From positions 124,001 to 188,000 of IMG/VR virus record IMGVR_UViG_3300036766_000194: 64,000 bases of DNA; one strand, written 5' to 3'. The stretch's first letter is position 1. Every line of letters begins with the position of its first letter. Shown here piece after piece: positions 36,433 through 48,200 of the stretch. The notes under the pieces were generated by a model. The model was not told the DNA's origin. It saw nothing but the letters and a program-made list of their open reading frames with translations, and did no database searches. The position numbers and the translations under genes were made by a program.

Positions 36433-37419
36433 CTAGAATGTTTTGAAGGAAACCGCCCAGTTTCCTCTTTCAAGACGCATTGTAGGATGATTACCCACAT
36501 TTACACTATACAAGGTAATTTCATCTTCTTTAGTCTGTTCCAAAGCATCTACAATTAGCTTGGCTGTTTTGGTATAGATAGTGAATTTTGTATCTCCGGC
36601 TCCTCCTACTCCAAACTTAGAAGTTAAACCGTGATTATCCTTAACTCTTACTTCCTGACCTGTCAATTCTATATTTCCACTGACAATGCTTGCTGCCGCG
36701 TTTAGAGCATAACAGAGACGATCGGCGGGATAGGAAACTAATTTGGTCCCCGCCACATTGTAGAGTTTAAACAAAATGTCGCTGACATTGTGGGTTCCAA
36801 CAAATGTCAAAAGACTATCTGTGGAAGCTCCCCAATACCCTTTCTCAGTCAGATAGATTTCTTCTACAGAGGGAGATAGAAATTTTAGAAAGGTATCACG
36901 AGGCTGTAACTGAATCTTTTTCAATTCCTCTGGTCCTTGCCAAATGATAATTCCATACACGGTGGGAAGTAGAATTATTCCATTAGTAAGAGAAGGAAAG
37001 GCTACTACAGGGAAAGGTTTCGCATTAAACCCAGAAAATAAAGAAGGATCTAACTTCATTTTAACATCACCAATGGTGTGAGTTTTTAACCCGGCTTGTT
37101 CATGTTTTACGGTATGGACACGAAGTTCATTGTTCCAAGTGTTATTAATAGAAGAGATCTTCAATACACCATTGGGATCCAAATCTACATCTACCTGTTC
37201 TTCAGGAAGAACCCGTAATCTCTCCTGAAGTTGTAATAAACTAACACAAGTTCCCCTTACGCTTAAAGATAATTTTTTAGATTGAATGAATCCAAACGGA
37301 GAGGAACGATAAAAAGTTAGAGGCTCATCCACATAAATCGCAATATAGGGAGATCCATTATCAAATGCGGTCAGAGAACGAAGTGTCTTTAAGAGTTCGT
37401 TTTTGTCTACCAAGGGCAT
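36433..37419 (-). CDS. possible divergent sliding clamp (beta-clamp-like)
   Basis: 328 aa, V.K.EL...L..L start, three-repeat alpha/beta spacing; dnaX is in the window. Confidence 0.4.
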   Translation of the reverse strand: MPLVDKNELLKTLRSLTAFDNGSPYIAIYVDEPLTFYRSSPFGFIQSKKLSLSVRGTCVSLLQLQERLRVLPEEQVDVDLDPNGVLKISSINNTWNNELRVHTVKHEQAGLKTHTIGDVKMKLDPSLFSGFNAKPFPVVAFPSLTNGIILLPTVYGIIIWQGPEELKKIQLQPRDTFLKFLSPSVEEIYLTEKGYWGASTDSLLTFVGTHNVSDILFKLYNVAGTKLVSYPADRLCYALNAAASIVSGNIELTGQEVRVKDNHGLTSKFGVGGAGDTKFTIYTKTAKLIVDALEQTKEDEITLYSVNVGNHPTMRLERGNWAVSFKTF

Positions 37420-37431
37420 ACAATTTTAATA

Positions 37432-40400
37432 CTAGCTCACCGTAATTTGTGAGACAACATATATCGTAACACCTAGAGAATCGGTTATCTGGATGATAGG
37501 TGTTAACACCCCCACAGTGGGAGAATTGATACTCAAAACACCCGCCGATGACAAAGTCACTCCTGTAGGAGCCGTTCCAAGTATTGAGAATGTAAAGGGG
37601 GCATTTCCACCTATTATAGATCCGTTGGTGACTAGATTAAATGTCGAAAGCATCGCATGAACGGATGACACCCCAACAGAAGCCTGTAACGGGAATTTGA
37701 CTGAAATGACTTCAGAAGGAGCCGTATCTCCTACATTTGCTTTTAACATAGCTACCACACGAAAGTTAAACTGCGTACTCATAGTTCCCGAGTTCAACAT
37801 TTGAGGATTCAACGTAACGTTGTAAGATGTGATATCCGGACTATTTAAGGTTGTCAAGGTGGTATAAGACCCCGGAGGAGAACCTAGTATCTGCTGCTGT
37901 ACCCTATACCCAACGACGTTTTCCTTATTTTGTTGAGTCCATGTAAGCTGAGCGGATCCTACAATACGAGAAGGGATTTCTGATCCCCTGATACTCCATG
38001 ATCCCGACCCTGCTTGTGTAAAAGAAGGAGTGTACTGTCCTACGAATTCGCTAACAATATCTCCCAGACTAAAAAATCCTGCGTTAGCTAGAATAGAACT
38101 CAATCCTATCCCGAACGAATTAGCAATGAGAACGCCTGCGGTTTGAGTACTGATAATTTCCAAACTGTTTGGTGTGCTGGTGGAATAATTACCAGAGAAA
38201 CTACCTCCAGAGCCAGTTGATGAGAAAGAGTTCTTTAGAGGATCTGCATTTGCTATTTCGTACAAAAACACAGTTCCGCTTGTATAACTTGTCCCCGAGT
38301 ATGAAATTTTCAAAGATCCTGCTACTAGGTTAGTGGTGTAGTTAAAGATCCCAAATGCGTTGGAATATACAGCCCTGTTATTATCAGTAAGGCCCGGAGT
38401 AAAGTTAGGATTTGAATTAACAAACAAGAGCAAACTATTGGCTTTTACTAGGTTTGGTAGAGATATACTATCACTTGAAATTCCTTGAAAATTAGCCTGA
38501 GCAGATTGTAGGATAATCGGGGCGACATAGTCCGTTACCGCATAGGGGATAGTTAACACTGGAGAAGGAGTTGAAGTTATCGGTATCAGTGTCTGGATAT
38601 TAGAATCTGGAGATGTTCCATCGGCTGACACAGAATACATTTTAAACCTATAATTCTTAGTTACATCCAGTATTCCCGTCGTGTAGCTTAAAGCTACTCC
38701 TGATGTTATCGTAGCAAGAGTGTTATAAGGTCCCAAGTCAATAGAGACACTGATGACATAAGATTGAACCAGATCTGGACGCTCCTGAGTCCAACTCAGT
38801 GTTGCTACATAGTTGTTATCAGTAACAACAGGGTTTAGAACAGGAGCAGTCTGGAGTCCGACATACCCTGAGAAAGGTTCAAAAAGTATTTCCCCGCTTG
38901 TAACAATTTGGTTGCGTAGTTTTGTTTTGTCCCAAGTTCCTATGATCAATCCATGAGCCATGTCTATTAGAGTTTCATAAGTAGCCCCGTCGCTTCCTAG
39001 GGTTCCTATTAGCAGTTTACCTGTGTGTAGGCTCTCAAGGTTGGTTTGACGTACAAACTGAACATTGTCCGCGCCATAGATAAGTCCGGATTCTTTAGAA
39101 ATCTCCAATTTACCCTGGACTTCTAATGTGTCATTTTTAACTTGTAACAAGACGAGTCCATTAGGCCCACTCAGTATGAGGATGCGCTTATTAGCAATCG
39201 TCGCGGTGATGAATATACGATTGACTGTAAAGGACGTTAGATCAGGTAAATTCAAAGTAGCATCGGGGTTATCCGTGCTGATCAAGGGAGCAGTGCTGTA
39301 ACGATATAACTTTTGATTATTCAGCAAGACAAAGGTCTGATCTTGTTCTGTGTGTACTGCGTCTAAGATAGGCACGATGTTCGTGGAAGGAGGAAGTAAA
39401 CGACGCAAGATAGCTGTATTTATTTCAGGATTATACTGGTTTACGAGAACAGAACTTGGACTTATGGATATAAAACGATCATGTCCCTGTAGGGTTACAC
39501 TTCTACGAATAGAAGTCATGTTCGTATACAGACTAGATTTAATGGGAGAAGACCACATTTGGGTGGTATTTCGATAAGCAATATTTGTAGGAGTGAGATT
39601 ATTAGAGGTAGAAATGAAGTTGCTTCTAGCTAAAACGTGATCGTCAAACGTAATAAAAGTGTAGGCTACAACATCGACAGAAACTGTAGAAGAAACCGGA
39701 GTGTTAATTCCATCATTTACGGTTAAGCTAAAAGTTAGGGTTTCTCCATTAATATTGGCTCCCGATGTACTAAAAGTCAAGGTAGAAGAACTACCTCCCG
39801 TAGATACAATAGTCCCCGAGGTTTGGACAAAAGAATAGGTAGGAAATGTGTGAGAATCCACCGTTACTGTAGGGGTCAACGTTACAGTTGAATTTCTCGC
39901 CGCACTAACAGGATTGCTAGGCCAAGTGATAATCGGAATAGGTACAGCGGGAACTGTAATGACAGCTGTTGCTATTGCCATTCCTGTTGGGGGGAAATGA
40001 ATAGGGTTATTGTTGAAATCTATGTCCACAGCTCCTGCTGTAAGAGTGATAGAGAATCCCGCAGGTCCTACAGAATTAGACACAACTAAAGTAGCAGAAG
40101 AATTAGTGCTAAGAGGAGGATAATTAGGTATAAGAGAAACTCCTGTTAGTGAAGAAATACTCCATTCATACTGTAAAGGGTCTGCATTAGCATCACTACT
40201 CCCACTGGCATCAAAGGTGTAGGGAATGCCACGATAGGCTGTCAGAGTCAAGGGGGTGACAATAGCTATAGGAGTGACATTATAGCCAGAAAGAAACTGA
40301 ACTTTGTAGGAAGAATTTTCCCCAAAAATTAGCCAACCTGATGTACTAGGAACAACATCTCTAGTTCCCCTTAGGAAAGACAACCGAGGAGGATTACGAA

Positions 40401-41640
40401 AATCTTGACGAACGGTCAATTGAAAGTCTGTCACATTAAGGTCCGCTACTATAACAATAGAATCTGTCACTCCGGATAGCGTCATATCACGGATGAGATA
40501 GGTAAGAGTCACACTTGAAACGGGAGGGGACCCTCCTGTCATTACTGTCAGTGTTGGTTCTACAATACTCTGGGTGATTGTACCTAGAAAATCATTAAAT
40601 GTCCATGATCCCGCTAAAATACTTGCTAGATAACCTACCAGACTATTACCTATTAATCCTGAGCGGCTTTGGGTGTAATAGGCAAACGCAAGATAGCGCG
40701 AATTTCCATTGGCAATTACAGAAAATTTGGTAGAAGATTGACGACAGATTATGTTGCGTAAAGTAGTGGGAGAACCCCAGACCCCTGTTGTCTTTTTAAT
40801 GACGTTAACCTGCACTGTCATGTCAGTGAATTGAAAACTTTTAGGATGTTCGGTAAAGTATAACTCTAGATTGTCGCCATTCGTAGATACTAGAGATAAA
40901 GCTCCAAAAGTATCTCCTACACGGCTAGCAGAAGATAAGATTATGACAGAGTACACCACAACGCCCGAAGGAGTTATTTCATAACCTTTTAGAGCGTCTG
41001 CTGAGTCCGGAGTGATAATATCTAAGACAGCATAAGTATTCCCATTAACAAGAGGAACTATATCATAGTCTCCCTGAATTTCTTCTCCAGTTGTTAGGGC
41101 AAAAGGTCCTTGTAAAGCTGCCGCTACAAATGTCCACGTAACGCTACCCTCAGTCGTTGTACCAGAAGTAGACCAAGTAGGTTCTGTAATTCCCGAGGTT
41201 CCTGGCGTTGTTACAATTTGAATACTTCCGTTAAAATCGGTGACCTTGGCATTTAAAGCATAGGAATGATTTGCTATCCAACGAGGAGAACTATCTAGAG
41301 TAAATTTTACAACATCAAAAGTGCCACTTTTAACAGGAGGAGAACCTGCGTAACCTGTTCTAGTTCCAATGATATGAATGTAGCCATTGCTGTCCTGACA
41401 AACTGCTGGGTCAAAAGGAGTAGAATTTTTATTAGGAAAGGAGTAAGAACCTCCCTGAGTAAACGTGATGCCGTAATCATCGCTATAAAACCAAGAAAAA
41501 TCTGGTCCCGGAGGGGAACTAGAAACAGCTGAAGTACTTACCAGCCAAAGGATACCCTTGATAATGGTACAGTCAGAATTTCCTGTTAGCTGCGGATAGT
41601 TCCATGTACCTGGAAATGACCCCTGAATAGGACCAGACAT
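37432..41640 (-). CDS. large virion/tail protein with PKD/Ig and FN3-like domains
   Basis: FDASGSSD...L.YEW (PKD), LSW...Y...Y.F (FN3), S/T-rich. Confidence 0.75.
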   Translation of the reverse strand: MSGPIQGSFPGTWNYPQLTGNSDCTIIKGILWLVSTSAVSSSPPGPDFSWFYSDDYGITFTQGGSYSFPNKNSTPFDPAVCQDSNGYIHIIGTRTGYAGSPPVKSGTFDVVKFTLDSSPRWIANHSYALNAKVTDFNGSIQIVTTPGTSGITEPTWSTSGTTTEGSVTWTFVAAALQGPFALTTGEEIQGDYDIVPLVNGNTYAVLDIITPDSADALKGYEITPSGVVVYSVIILSSASRVGDTFGALSLVSTNGDNLELYFTEHPKSFQFTDMTVQVNVIKKTTGVWGSPTTLRNIICRQSSTKFSVIANGNSRYLAFAYYTQSRSGLIGNSLVGYLASILAGSWTFNDFLGTITQSIVEPTLTVMTGGSPPVSSVTLTYLIRDMTLSGVTDSIVIVADLNVTDFQLTVRQDFRNPPRLSFLRGTRDVVPSTSGWLIFGENSSYKVQFLSGYNVTPIAIVTPLTLTAYRGIPYTFDASGSSDANADPLQYEWSISSLTGVSLIPNYPPLSTNSSATLVVSNSVGPAGFSITLTAGAVDIDFNNNPIHFPPTGMAIATAVITVPAVPIPIITWPSNPVSAARNSTVTLTPTVTVDSHTFPTYSFVQTSGTIVSTGGSSSTLTFSTSGANINGETLTFSLTVNDGINTPVSSTVSVDVVAYTFITFDDHVLARSNFISTSNNLTPTNIAYRNTTQMWSSPIKSSLYTNMTSIRRSVTLQGHDRFISISPSSVLVNQYNPEINTAILRRLLPPSTNIVPILDAVHTEQDQTFVLLNNQKLYRYSTAPLISTDNPDATLNLPDLTSFTVNRIFITATIANKRILILSGPNGLVLLQVKNDTLEVQGKLEISKESGLIYGADNVQFVRQTNLESLHTGKLLIGTLGSDGATYETLIDMAHGLIIGTWDKTKLRNQIVTSGEILFEPFSGYVGLQTAPVLNPVVTDNNYVATLSWTQERPDLVQSYVISVSIDLGPYNTLATITSGVALSYTTGILDVTKNYRFKMYSVSADGTSPDSNIQTLIPITSTPSPVLTIPYAVTDYVAPIILQSAQANFQGISSDSISLPNLVKANSLLLFVNSNPNFTPGLTDNNRAVYSNAFGIFNYTTNLVAGSLKISYSGTSYTSGTVFLYEIANADPLKNSFSSTGSGGSFSGNYSTSTPNSLEIISTQTAGVLIANSFGIGLSSILANAGFFSLGDIVSEFVGQYTPSFTQAGSGSWSIRGSEIPSRIVGSAQLTWTQQNKENVVGYRVQQQILGSPPGSYTTLTTLNSPDITSYNVTLNPQMLNSGTMSTQFNFRVVAMLKANVGDTAPSEVISVKFPLQASVGVSSVHAMLSTFNLVTNGSIIGGNAPFTFSILGTAPTGVTLSSAGVLSINSPTVGVLTPIIQITDSLGVTIYVVSQITVS

Positions 41641-42125
41641 TAGACCCCCTTCTTCCTTTCTAGCACATGAAGATTAGATAAATTCTGTTGTTTCTTCAAA
41701 CAACCGCAGTTCTTTGTGTGCCCAATTCTAATACTGCTTCCTGCTGTCACAAATTCTCTCCCGCAATGACAACGACAAAGCCAAAAAGCATTGCCATCTT
41801 TATCGTTCTTAACTCTAGTTAATGCGGTTATACCGTTGATGACTACGTTCTTCATATCTTTGAATGGCGACCCTGGCCAAGATCCAATTTCTCTGTAGAT
41901 CCGATTTCGTTCATAAATACTTTTGATAGTTGCTTCAAGAGTTGGTTTGTGACCCTTAATTCGTAAACTTTTGCTAGTCTTCCTTTTGGAAATTTCAGAG
42001 TGCGGCCCGGTAAACCCTTCACCACCGCGACAAATATTGTAGCCGATATCGGGATGTTGGGCGCAAAGTGCCTTTATCAAAATCTTTTCTTGTTCGCAAA
42101 TTTCTTGATTGAGTAGTTTGAAAAC
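41640..42125 (-). pseudogene. homing endonuclease fragment (GIY-YIG C-terminal half plus Cys DNA-binding domain)
   Basis: EQEKILI...GYNICRGGEG, WLCRCHCG...KNCGC; lacks the GIY-YIG N-terminus. Confidence 0.7.
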
Positions 42126-42132
42126 GCGGGGA

Positions 42133-44562
42133 CTAGACACCTTCGCCCGATCCCTCTGGTCCTTCGTCTTCCTTATCAACTTCGTCCAGTTGAAGACCCT
42201 TAGCCACACGCTTGAGAATATCTGTGCGCATAATAAGTTCAGGACCCAAGTTACCATAGATATTATCAAGAAGATTATTCATCTTACTATCGTTGACAGA
42301 CCAAAGATCATCTTCCAATTGACGTTTAACAGTTTCTGGGTCAATGTTTAAGAACTCCAAAATGGTGCTGACTGGGAGTGAACCTTTGCTGTAAAGATTG
42401 AACAACATGTCATACAGATCGCCAGAGTCACGCAGCGCCATACGGGAGAAGGAAACCTTGGGGTATATCCAACGAGGGCGACCGTACTTGTCCATCTCGT
42501 AAAAACCCTTCTTCATAGCGATAGGCTTGAAGATTTGTTCTTCTAATATGTTACTGACGATGTCACGGAATTGGAGATAGCTTGTATTCATGATTTCAAG
42601 TTGAATACGATTACCGGAGTAGAGACCTTCTCCTATTAGAATTTCAGGAGAGAATCCCAACCCTATGGCTATGTCAGAATTTGTGTGTTGCCACTCTCCG
42701 TCAAGAGCAAGGAGACGGCCTTCACTACCGATTTCATTCCACTGACATTCATAATTCACAACAACTGTATAGTCGGGATCCGCTACTGCCTCGTCAATAT
42801 GAGCACGGAGAGCCATAACTTCAGATGCGGGAATGTCCGGAGCCACAATGAGACGCTTAGGTGTCATATTGCGAGAAGCAATAGTAGACTGTACTTGGCG
42901 CAGCTTTTCACGATAAATAATAGTACGAAGACAACGCTGCAGTATAGAACGTCCATGTAATTCATAGTTGGACTTCTTACGCGCCATATGAATAACGTAA
43001 GAACCTTCAAAAGGATTCTGGTTAAGCATAATCTTACCCTCTTGGGCAAGAGTATCCTTAACATTAGAAGGGACATCAGGGTCTTCCATGTAAACTTGTT
43101 TCTGTTGGTCAGGTGGCTTGAAATAAATTGAAGGTCCATCACTTATCAAACCTTCATTAGCAATTTCTACTTGCTCAGGAGGTAGAACCTGTATACGATC
43201 AAAACCACTGTATTTAAAGTTGGTGATGTGACTGAACAATTCTAGTTGTTTATGTTTCTTCTCACGAATTTCTTGAAGCTCTTCTAGAAGTTCTTTCTTT
43301 TTTTTGAGCAGTTTTAACAAGTGCTTCATTTCAAGAAGTTCTCTCTGAGCCTTAGCACTAGCCCCCATTGCTAGAGCTTCTTGAATACTCTGCTCCGTTC
43401 CATCAGCCGAAGGAGGCATACCACCTCCACCTCCACCACCAGAAGAAGGTGCGGGACCACCCATATCAACATCGCCCATTCCGCCCGGTTCAGCACCTGC
43501 TATATCTTCAAGTCCTTCCGCACCCATGGGTGCGCCTTCATCGGTTACGTCTGCTGTGCCTTCTTCAGGCGCAGCACCAGGATCTCCACCCACAGCTGGA
43601 TCAGCAGCAGGTTCTGGTGGAGCAGCAGTAATTGAGATTAGTTTAGCGATCTTTTTAGAAAGTCGCTTTTCATTCATCGCAATTTTACGCCCGGTAACTA
43701 CAGGGTCTTCATCAATATCAAAAGATATTCCTACCTTTTTAAATTCAGGCATTAACAATGACGCCTTCTTCATTAAAGCACTTTGTTTGATAGGATTCAA
43801 CCAGTCAAGAAGTTTTGCGCTACCATCGCTAAGGGGAGAACCTTCATTTTCTTTTAAAGGTTCCATACCTTGAGGATCTTCATTCTTGTCTAAGATCTGT
43901 TGAGCCATCTTACAGGGCTTAACATTTTCCGCTTCTTCGACAAAGAGAAAAGTCTCACCGATCATCCAATATTCACGCACGGCAGCAATAAGGATTTGAA
44001 ACATCTTCGTATCATTGACCACACCTTGGAAAAAGTCAAATATGAAGTCAGCAAATTCTTCGTCAGAACACTTAGGCTTCTCTAAAACCATCTTACTGAG
44101 AGGAATTTCTGTGTGTAAGTCGATGGCACGACCCACGATAGGATCGCGGTCGTAAGCAAGGCGAAAAAACCGAAGCTCTTCAGCACGGGAAGCAGGAAGC
44201 TCTAACGCATCTACAGGAAATTCGTAGGAATAGTAACCAATGTTGTTAGAGTCTGCTATGTTAGCGTTACCTAATCCCCCATCGTTAAACAGCCCTGCAA
44301 CTTTATCCATACCACCACGAGCAGCTTCTTTAATCTGGCGTAGTTTATTACGGAATTCCGCATCTTCAGAGATATTATTGCCTTCCATCTGGGTGTATCG
44401 TCCTGCAGAAGCAAACTCACGAGTTACCGGAGCCTTTGGGCTACGAGTCTTGGCTGGAGACTTTTGAACTGTTACAGAACCATTACGGACACGGGTTGGG
44501 GTAGACTTCTTAGCTGCGGTCTTAGACGTATCGGGTGGTTTTGGAAGCTGTTCGTCGGCCAT
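42133..44562 (-). CDS. portal protein
   Basis: DPIVGRAIDLHTE.P, GRSILQR, P.V.F.... patterns; in the terminase operon; long acidic/Gly insertion. Confidence 0.75.
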   Translation of the reverse strand: MADEQLPKPPDTSKTAAKKSTPTRVRNGSVTVQKSPAKTRSPKAPVTREFASAGRYTQMEGNNISEDAEFRNKLRQIKEAARGGMDKVAGLFNDGGLGNANIADSNNIGYYSYEFPVDALELPASRAEELRFFRLAYDRDPIVGRAIDLHTEIPLSKMVLEKPKCSDEEFADFIFDFFQGVVNDTKMFQILIAAVREYWMIGETFLFVEEAENVKPCKMAQQILDKNEDPQGMEPLKENEGSPLSDGSAKLLDWLNPIKQSALMKKASLLMPEFKKVGISFDIDEDPVVTGRKIAMNEKRLSKKIAKLISITAAPPEPAADPAVGGDPGAAPEEGTADVTDEGAPMGAEGLEDIAGAEPGGMGDVDMGGPAPSSGGGGGGGMPPSADGTEQSIQEALAMGASAKAQRELLEMKHLLKLLKKKKELLEELQEIREKKHKQLELFSHITNFKYSGFDRIQVLPPEQVEIANEGLISDGPSIYFKPPDQQKQVYMEDPDVPSNVKDTLAQEGKIMLNQNPFEGSYVIHMARKKSNYELHGRSILQRCLRTIIYREKLRQVQSTIASRNMTPKRLIVAPDIPASEVMALRAHIDEAVADPDYTVVVNYECQWNEIGSEGRLLALDGEWQHTNSDIAIGLGFSPEILIGEGLYSGNRIQLEIMNTSYLQFRDIVSNILEEQIFKPIAMKKGFYEMDKYGRPRWIYPKVSFSRMALRDSGDLYDMLFNLYSKGSLPVSTILEFLNIDPETVKRQLEDDLWSVNDSKMNNLLDNIYGNLGPELIMRTDILKRVAKGLQLDEVDKEDEGPEGSGEGV

Positions 44563-44589
44563 TACAATCCTGTCCTCTTAAAGGGTTTG

Positions 44590-45210
44590 CTAGTTTATTG
44601 GCTTAAATCCATCGGGGATCTTGTCTTTTTTAACCACTCTACTCGTAGGCTTCTCTTTATCCTTGATTTCTTTTTGTGCCGAGGCCAGGATCTCTTCTTT
44701 GGTCATCTCTACAGGAAGGGTACTAATCTCCTTCTTCCTCTGATTCTTTAGACGAACAACACGATGATTTTGAAACGTTTCCATAATCTGGCTTTCCATC
44801 TCTACAGCTAGACGTATATTTTGTTCCTTAATTAACTCCAATTTAGCAGAAGTTTTCTGTAAAATATCTAGAGTACTTACAAATTCATTTTGTTCTGCTT
44901 TTAATTGTGAGCGAAGTTCAGTTTCTTGGTTGTCTAGTTCTTGTAGCAATTTATGTCTCTTCTTATTTTCTGGATTCTCTCGTTCTTGCTTTATCTCTTC
45001 CAGACGACGCTTTATTTCTCTACCTACATAATCTTCCATCTTAGAAAAGTAATTCATAGCTAGATGAACTAATTCAGAAGACTTAGCCGAATACGCCATT
45101 TTATTGTAAGTAGAGCTAGAGTCTCTTCGTAACAATTGACGCTGTTGAGTAATCTCAATATCTGAACTAACCGGGTGTCGAAGAAATCTGAAAGAATTAT
45201 TGTTACCCAT
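44590..45210 (-). CDS. coiled-coil hypothetical protein
   Basis: E/K/Q-rich heptads. Confidence 0.55.
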   Translation of the reverse strand: MGNNNSFRFLRHPVSSDIEITQQRQLLRRDSSSTYNKMAYSAKSSELVHLAMNYFSKMEDYVGREIKRRLEEIKQERENPENKKRHKLLQELDNQETELRSQLKAEQNEFVSTLDILQKTSAKLELIKEQNIRLAVEMESQIMETFQNHRVVRLKNQRKKEISTLPVEMTKEEILASAQKEIKDKEKPTSRVVKKDKIPDGFKPIN

Positions 45211-48200
45211 GCATAGCCTCTATCAATGAAATCTTAGATTTTAAAAATTCATTGGGAATCTCGGTCACTACTGTTTTTTCCAAAGTCATAATCTTGTCTT
45301 TATAACGAACTTTTATAATGTTCGTTCCTTTCCCAAACCCTACTGCAGCTGTAAGTTTAACTACTATGTCGGGTGTGAGATCAATAAGTTCGGGCAATCC
45401 TGTATCTATTTTTGGAATAGGAAGGATGGGGGTAGAAACACTAATCTTTTTTGGTCTCCTAATAGGATTATCCAATAAAACATCTTCCACAGGAGTAACA
45501 GTTGAAGGAGGGGCAAACAATTCTCCCTGGATAATTTCTTCCTTACCAAGACGCATAATGTTCGGATACACTGCTCTGGATGGTGGTATAGGTCCTAGAT
45601 ATCCGCTAGGAGGCATTATTCCACGATCTTTGGGTGATAACCCATTTCGAGTTTCGTAATCCTCTAATGTCCCTAATTTGTCGTCATCAGGAACATTATC
45701 AATAGTCCAGAACTCGTGTAGTTGTAGAACAGCTACTAGAGAATTTACAAGACTCTTATGGTCTTTTGCGTCAAACACCTCTTTTATTGACAAGAAGGCA
45801 CGTTCGTGTAAGGATTCTTTTAACCAATTTTTAGCCTTTTCTCTCCGCTCTTCCACCCCAGACTCTATGGCTTTGATAAGAGATTTTACAGTGTCTTGAG
45901 TAAACTCCGAGGGAATATAACGTTCCATACCTTCAATAGCCGTCCACGCAGCAGGCTTATGACCATCATCACCCGTAACGTGATGCTCTACGTCCCAATT
46001 TCTACCATACTCCACATCGCACTCAATAGGCACTACCCAGTTCATTCTTTCATGAAGTTTGCGTAACTTCATAAGACGAGAAATCCTAGGTAGAACAAAG
46101 GGGACATACTCATTCTTAACCGCAAAGTCAATTTCGTCATGAACCGAACAATGAACTCTAAGAATACTTTGTACTTCAGGTTCTTGGTCGCATGCCCATA
46201 TACGAATACGGTTTAAGGAGAGGCGCATGTAGTCTCCTGCCAGTCCTTGTAGAGGAACGTTCACCGCTACGCGGCCAATTTTACCCTGAAAACGATTATA
46301 ATCCTGTACATTACGAACACCCGTATCTACGTTTCTCCACACGCGGTTATTATGTTCCTTTAGACGTTCGTATTCAGCCTTATCCTCAGGAGATTCTGAA
46401 TTCTTTAGAGCTTCTTCCTTCTTACAAGACTTCCGCCATTCCCAATAATTCTCTAATTCAATCTTTAAAGGTTCGTGTATGTGAAGAACTTCCATAGCGG
46501 ACTTAAAATTGATGATACGTCCGGTAGAAGTCTTACAAATCATCTTATCCTTGGCTATAGCCTGCTTCATGGTGCACCACTCAGCAAAAACGGGTACTCC
46601 TGCCCAGTATTTCTCAACCATTAATTTCGCTTCTTCCCAAGTGATGTCAGGATTCTGCTTCTTCATATTCTCATAGATGGTGTATTCGGTACCCCCGTAC
46701 AGAAGAGCAAAGTTAATGATCTTAGCCAGTGAACGTAGAGCTTTTTTGATAGCCTTGGGAGTGTTGGGATCATTAAATTCAGGGAATACTTTAGATGCGG
46801 TCAAGGAATGGAAATCCCCAGCCCCTTCAAGGAATTCTTTAATGAATTCAGGCTCACCACTTACATTAGCGGCAGCACGCATTTCAATATTGCTATAGTC
46901 AATGGTGAAGAACGTCCAGCCTGGTTCGGTGCTAAACAGCGCACGGATGTTGACTACTTCAGCCGCGTCTGCCCTACCATTCTTCCAAATGGTGTTAAAC
47001 TTCCTATCGCAAGTCTTACAAGAAGGAACTAAACATATGGCATAGCCCTGATAGAACCCAATATGATTCTTAATGATATTAGGTGCAACCTTACGAATTT
47101 TACGTTTTCCCGTTACGACCTTTTCTTCTCTGGAGTTGAAGATGGATCCTTCATCTGTTTCGTAGGTACGGGTGACTGTCTCAGTAATGTCTTCTTCGAT
47201 TTCTTTAAAACACGACGGGTGTAGATCGGCTTCTGCATGTTCTTCAATCTCCTCTTCTGGAATTGAATCTGGTTCTAGAACGTTGCCTTTTACCCACCAG
47301 TTGCCCTCAACACGGACAATACCTTGCGGGTTGAGACCAAAACCCCCATCAACTATAAAGTCCCCACCTGCTCCGGATAATCGTCCCCCGGCTACAGTGG
47401 TTTGTTTTAAGAAAATACGAGCAGAATTATCACGCTTATCGTAAGTTAGGTTTTCAGGATGTAATGCGACATATTCCTTATACTTTCCGTAGAGATTCAG
47501 AAATTCATTATCTGGATACAACTTTTGTAAGTCAGACAGAGCCTCAGCGTCTACACTATTCCCTCCTCCCGCTGTCTTCTTAGTTACCTTCAACCCCAGG
47601 GTGTTGAATAGTAGTTTGCCAACTTGAGCTGGAGATCCAGGATTAAAAATAGTATCTTCAATGGGATTATTATCCTCATCCTTTTCTACTTTCCATCCGT
47701 TCTTAACAGAAATATCACGAAGCTGATTTTCAATCTTTTTTATGATAGTCTCATGCCAGTTAACAGTACGATTACGCTTTTGTATGTCTATTAAGAACCG
47801 TTGACGCTCAATCCACGACAAAGAGTCTACAAGTTCTTGATCAATACGATGAACAAATTTTTGTTGAGCAGCCCGTTCCCTCAAATGTTTCCACAATAGC
47901 CATGTACAGATAGCATCCGATGCCGCATACCAGAGAGTTACCTCAAGAGGAAGCCAGGTGAAGGGAACATATTGTACACGTTGAGTATGTTTATTGATCT
48001 TACGTTCTTCAGAAGTACACTTACAATCTCCACTCTGTAACGTTGGGCACCAATCAGCTTTGATCTTAATAAGTTCATCAAGATCAATCATTTCCATACC
48101 CAAGAGTTTTTTACTTAAAGCCTTCAAACCACCTGTATCTCCGCTGTATTGCCCTCGCTTTTTATCAGCGACGTCGGCCTTGGGATCAACAATGTAATGG

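Noticed and set aside
42125-42269. N-terminal part of the 209-aa ORF
   Set aside because: Overlaps the portal 3' end in another frame and is not endonuclease-like
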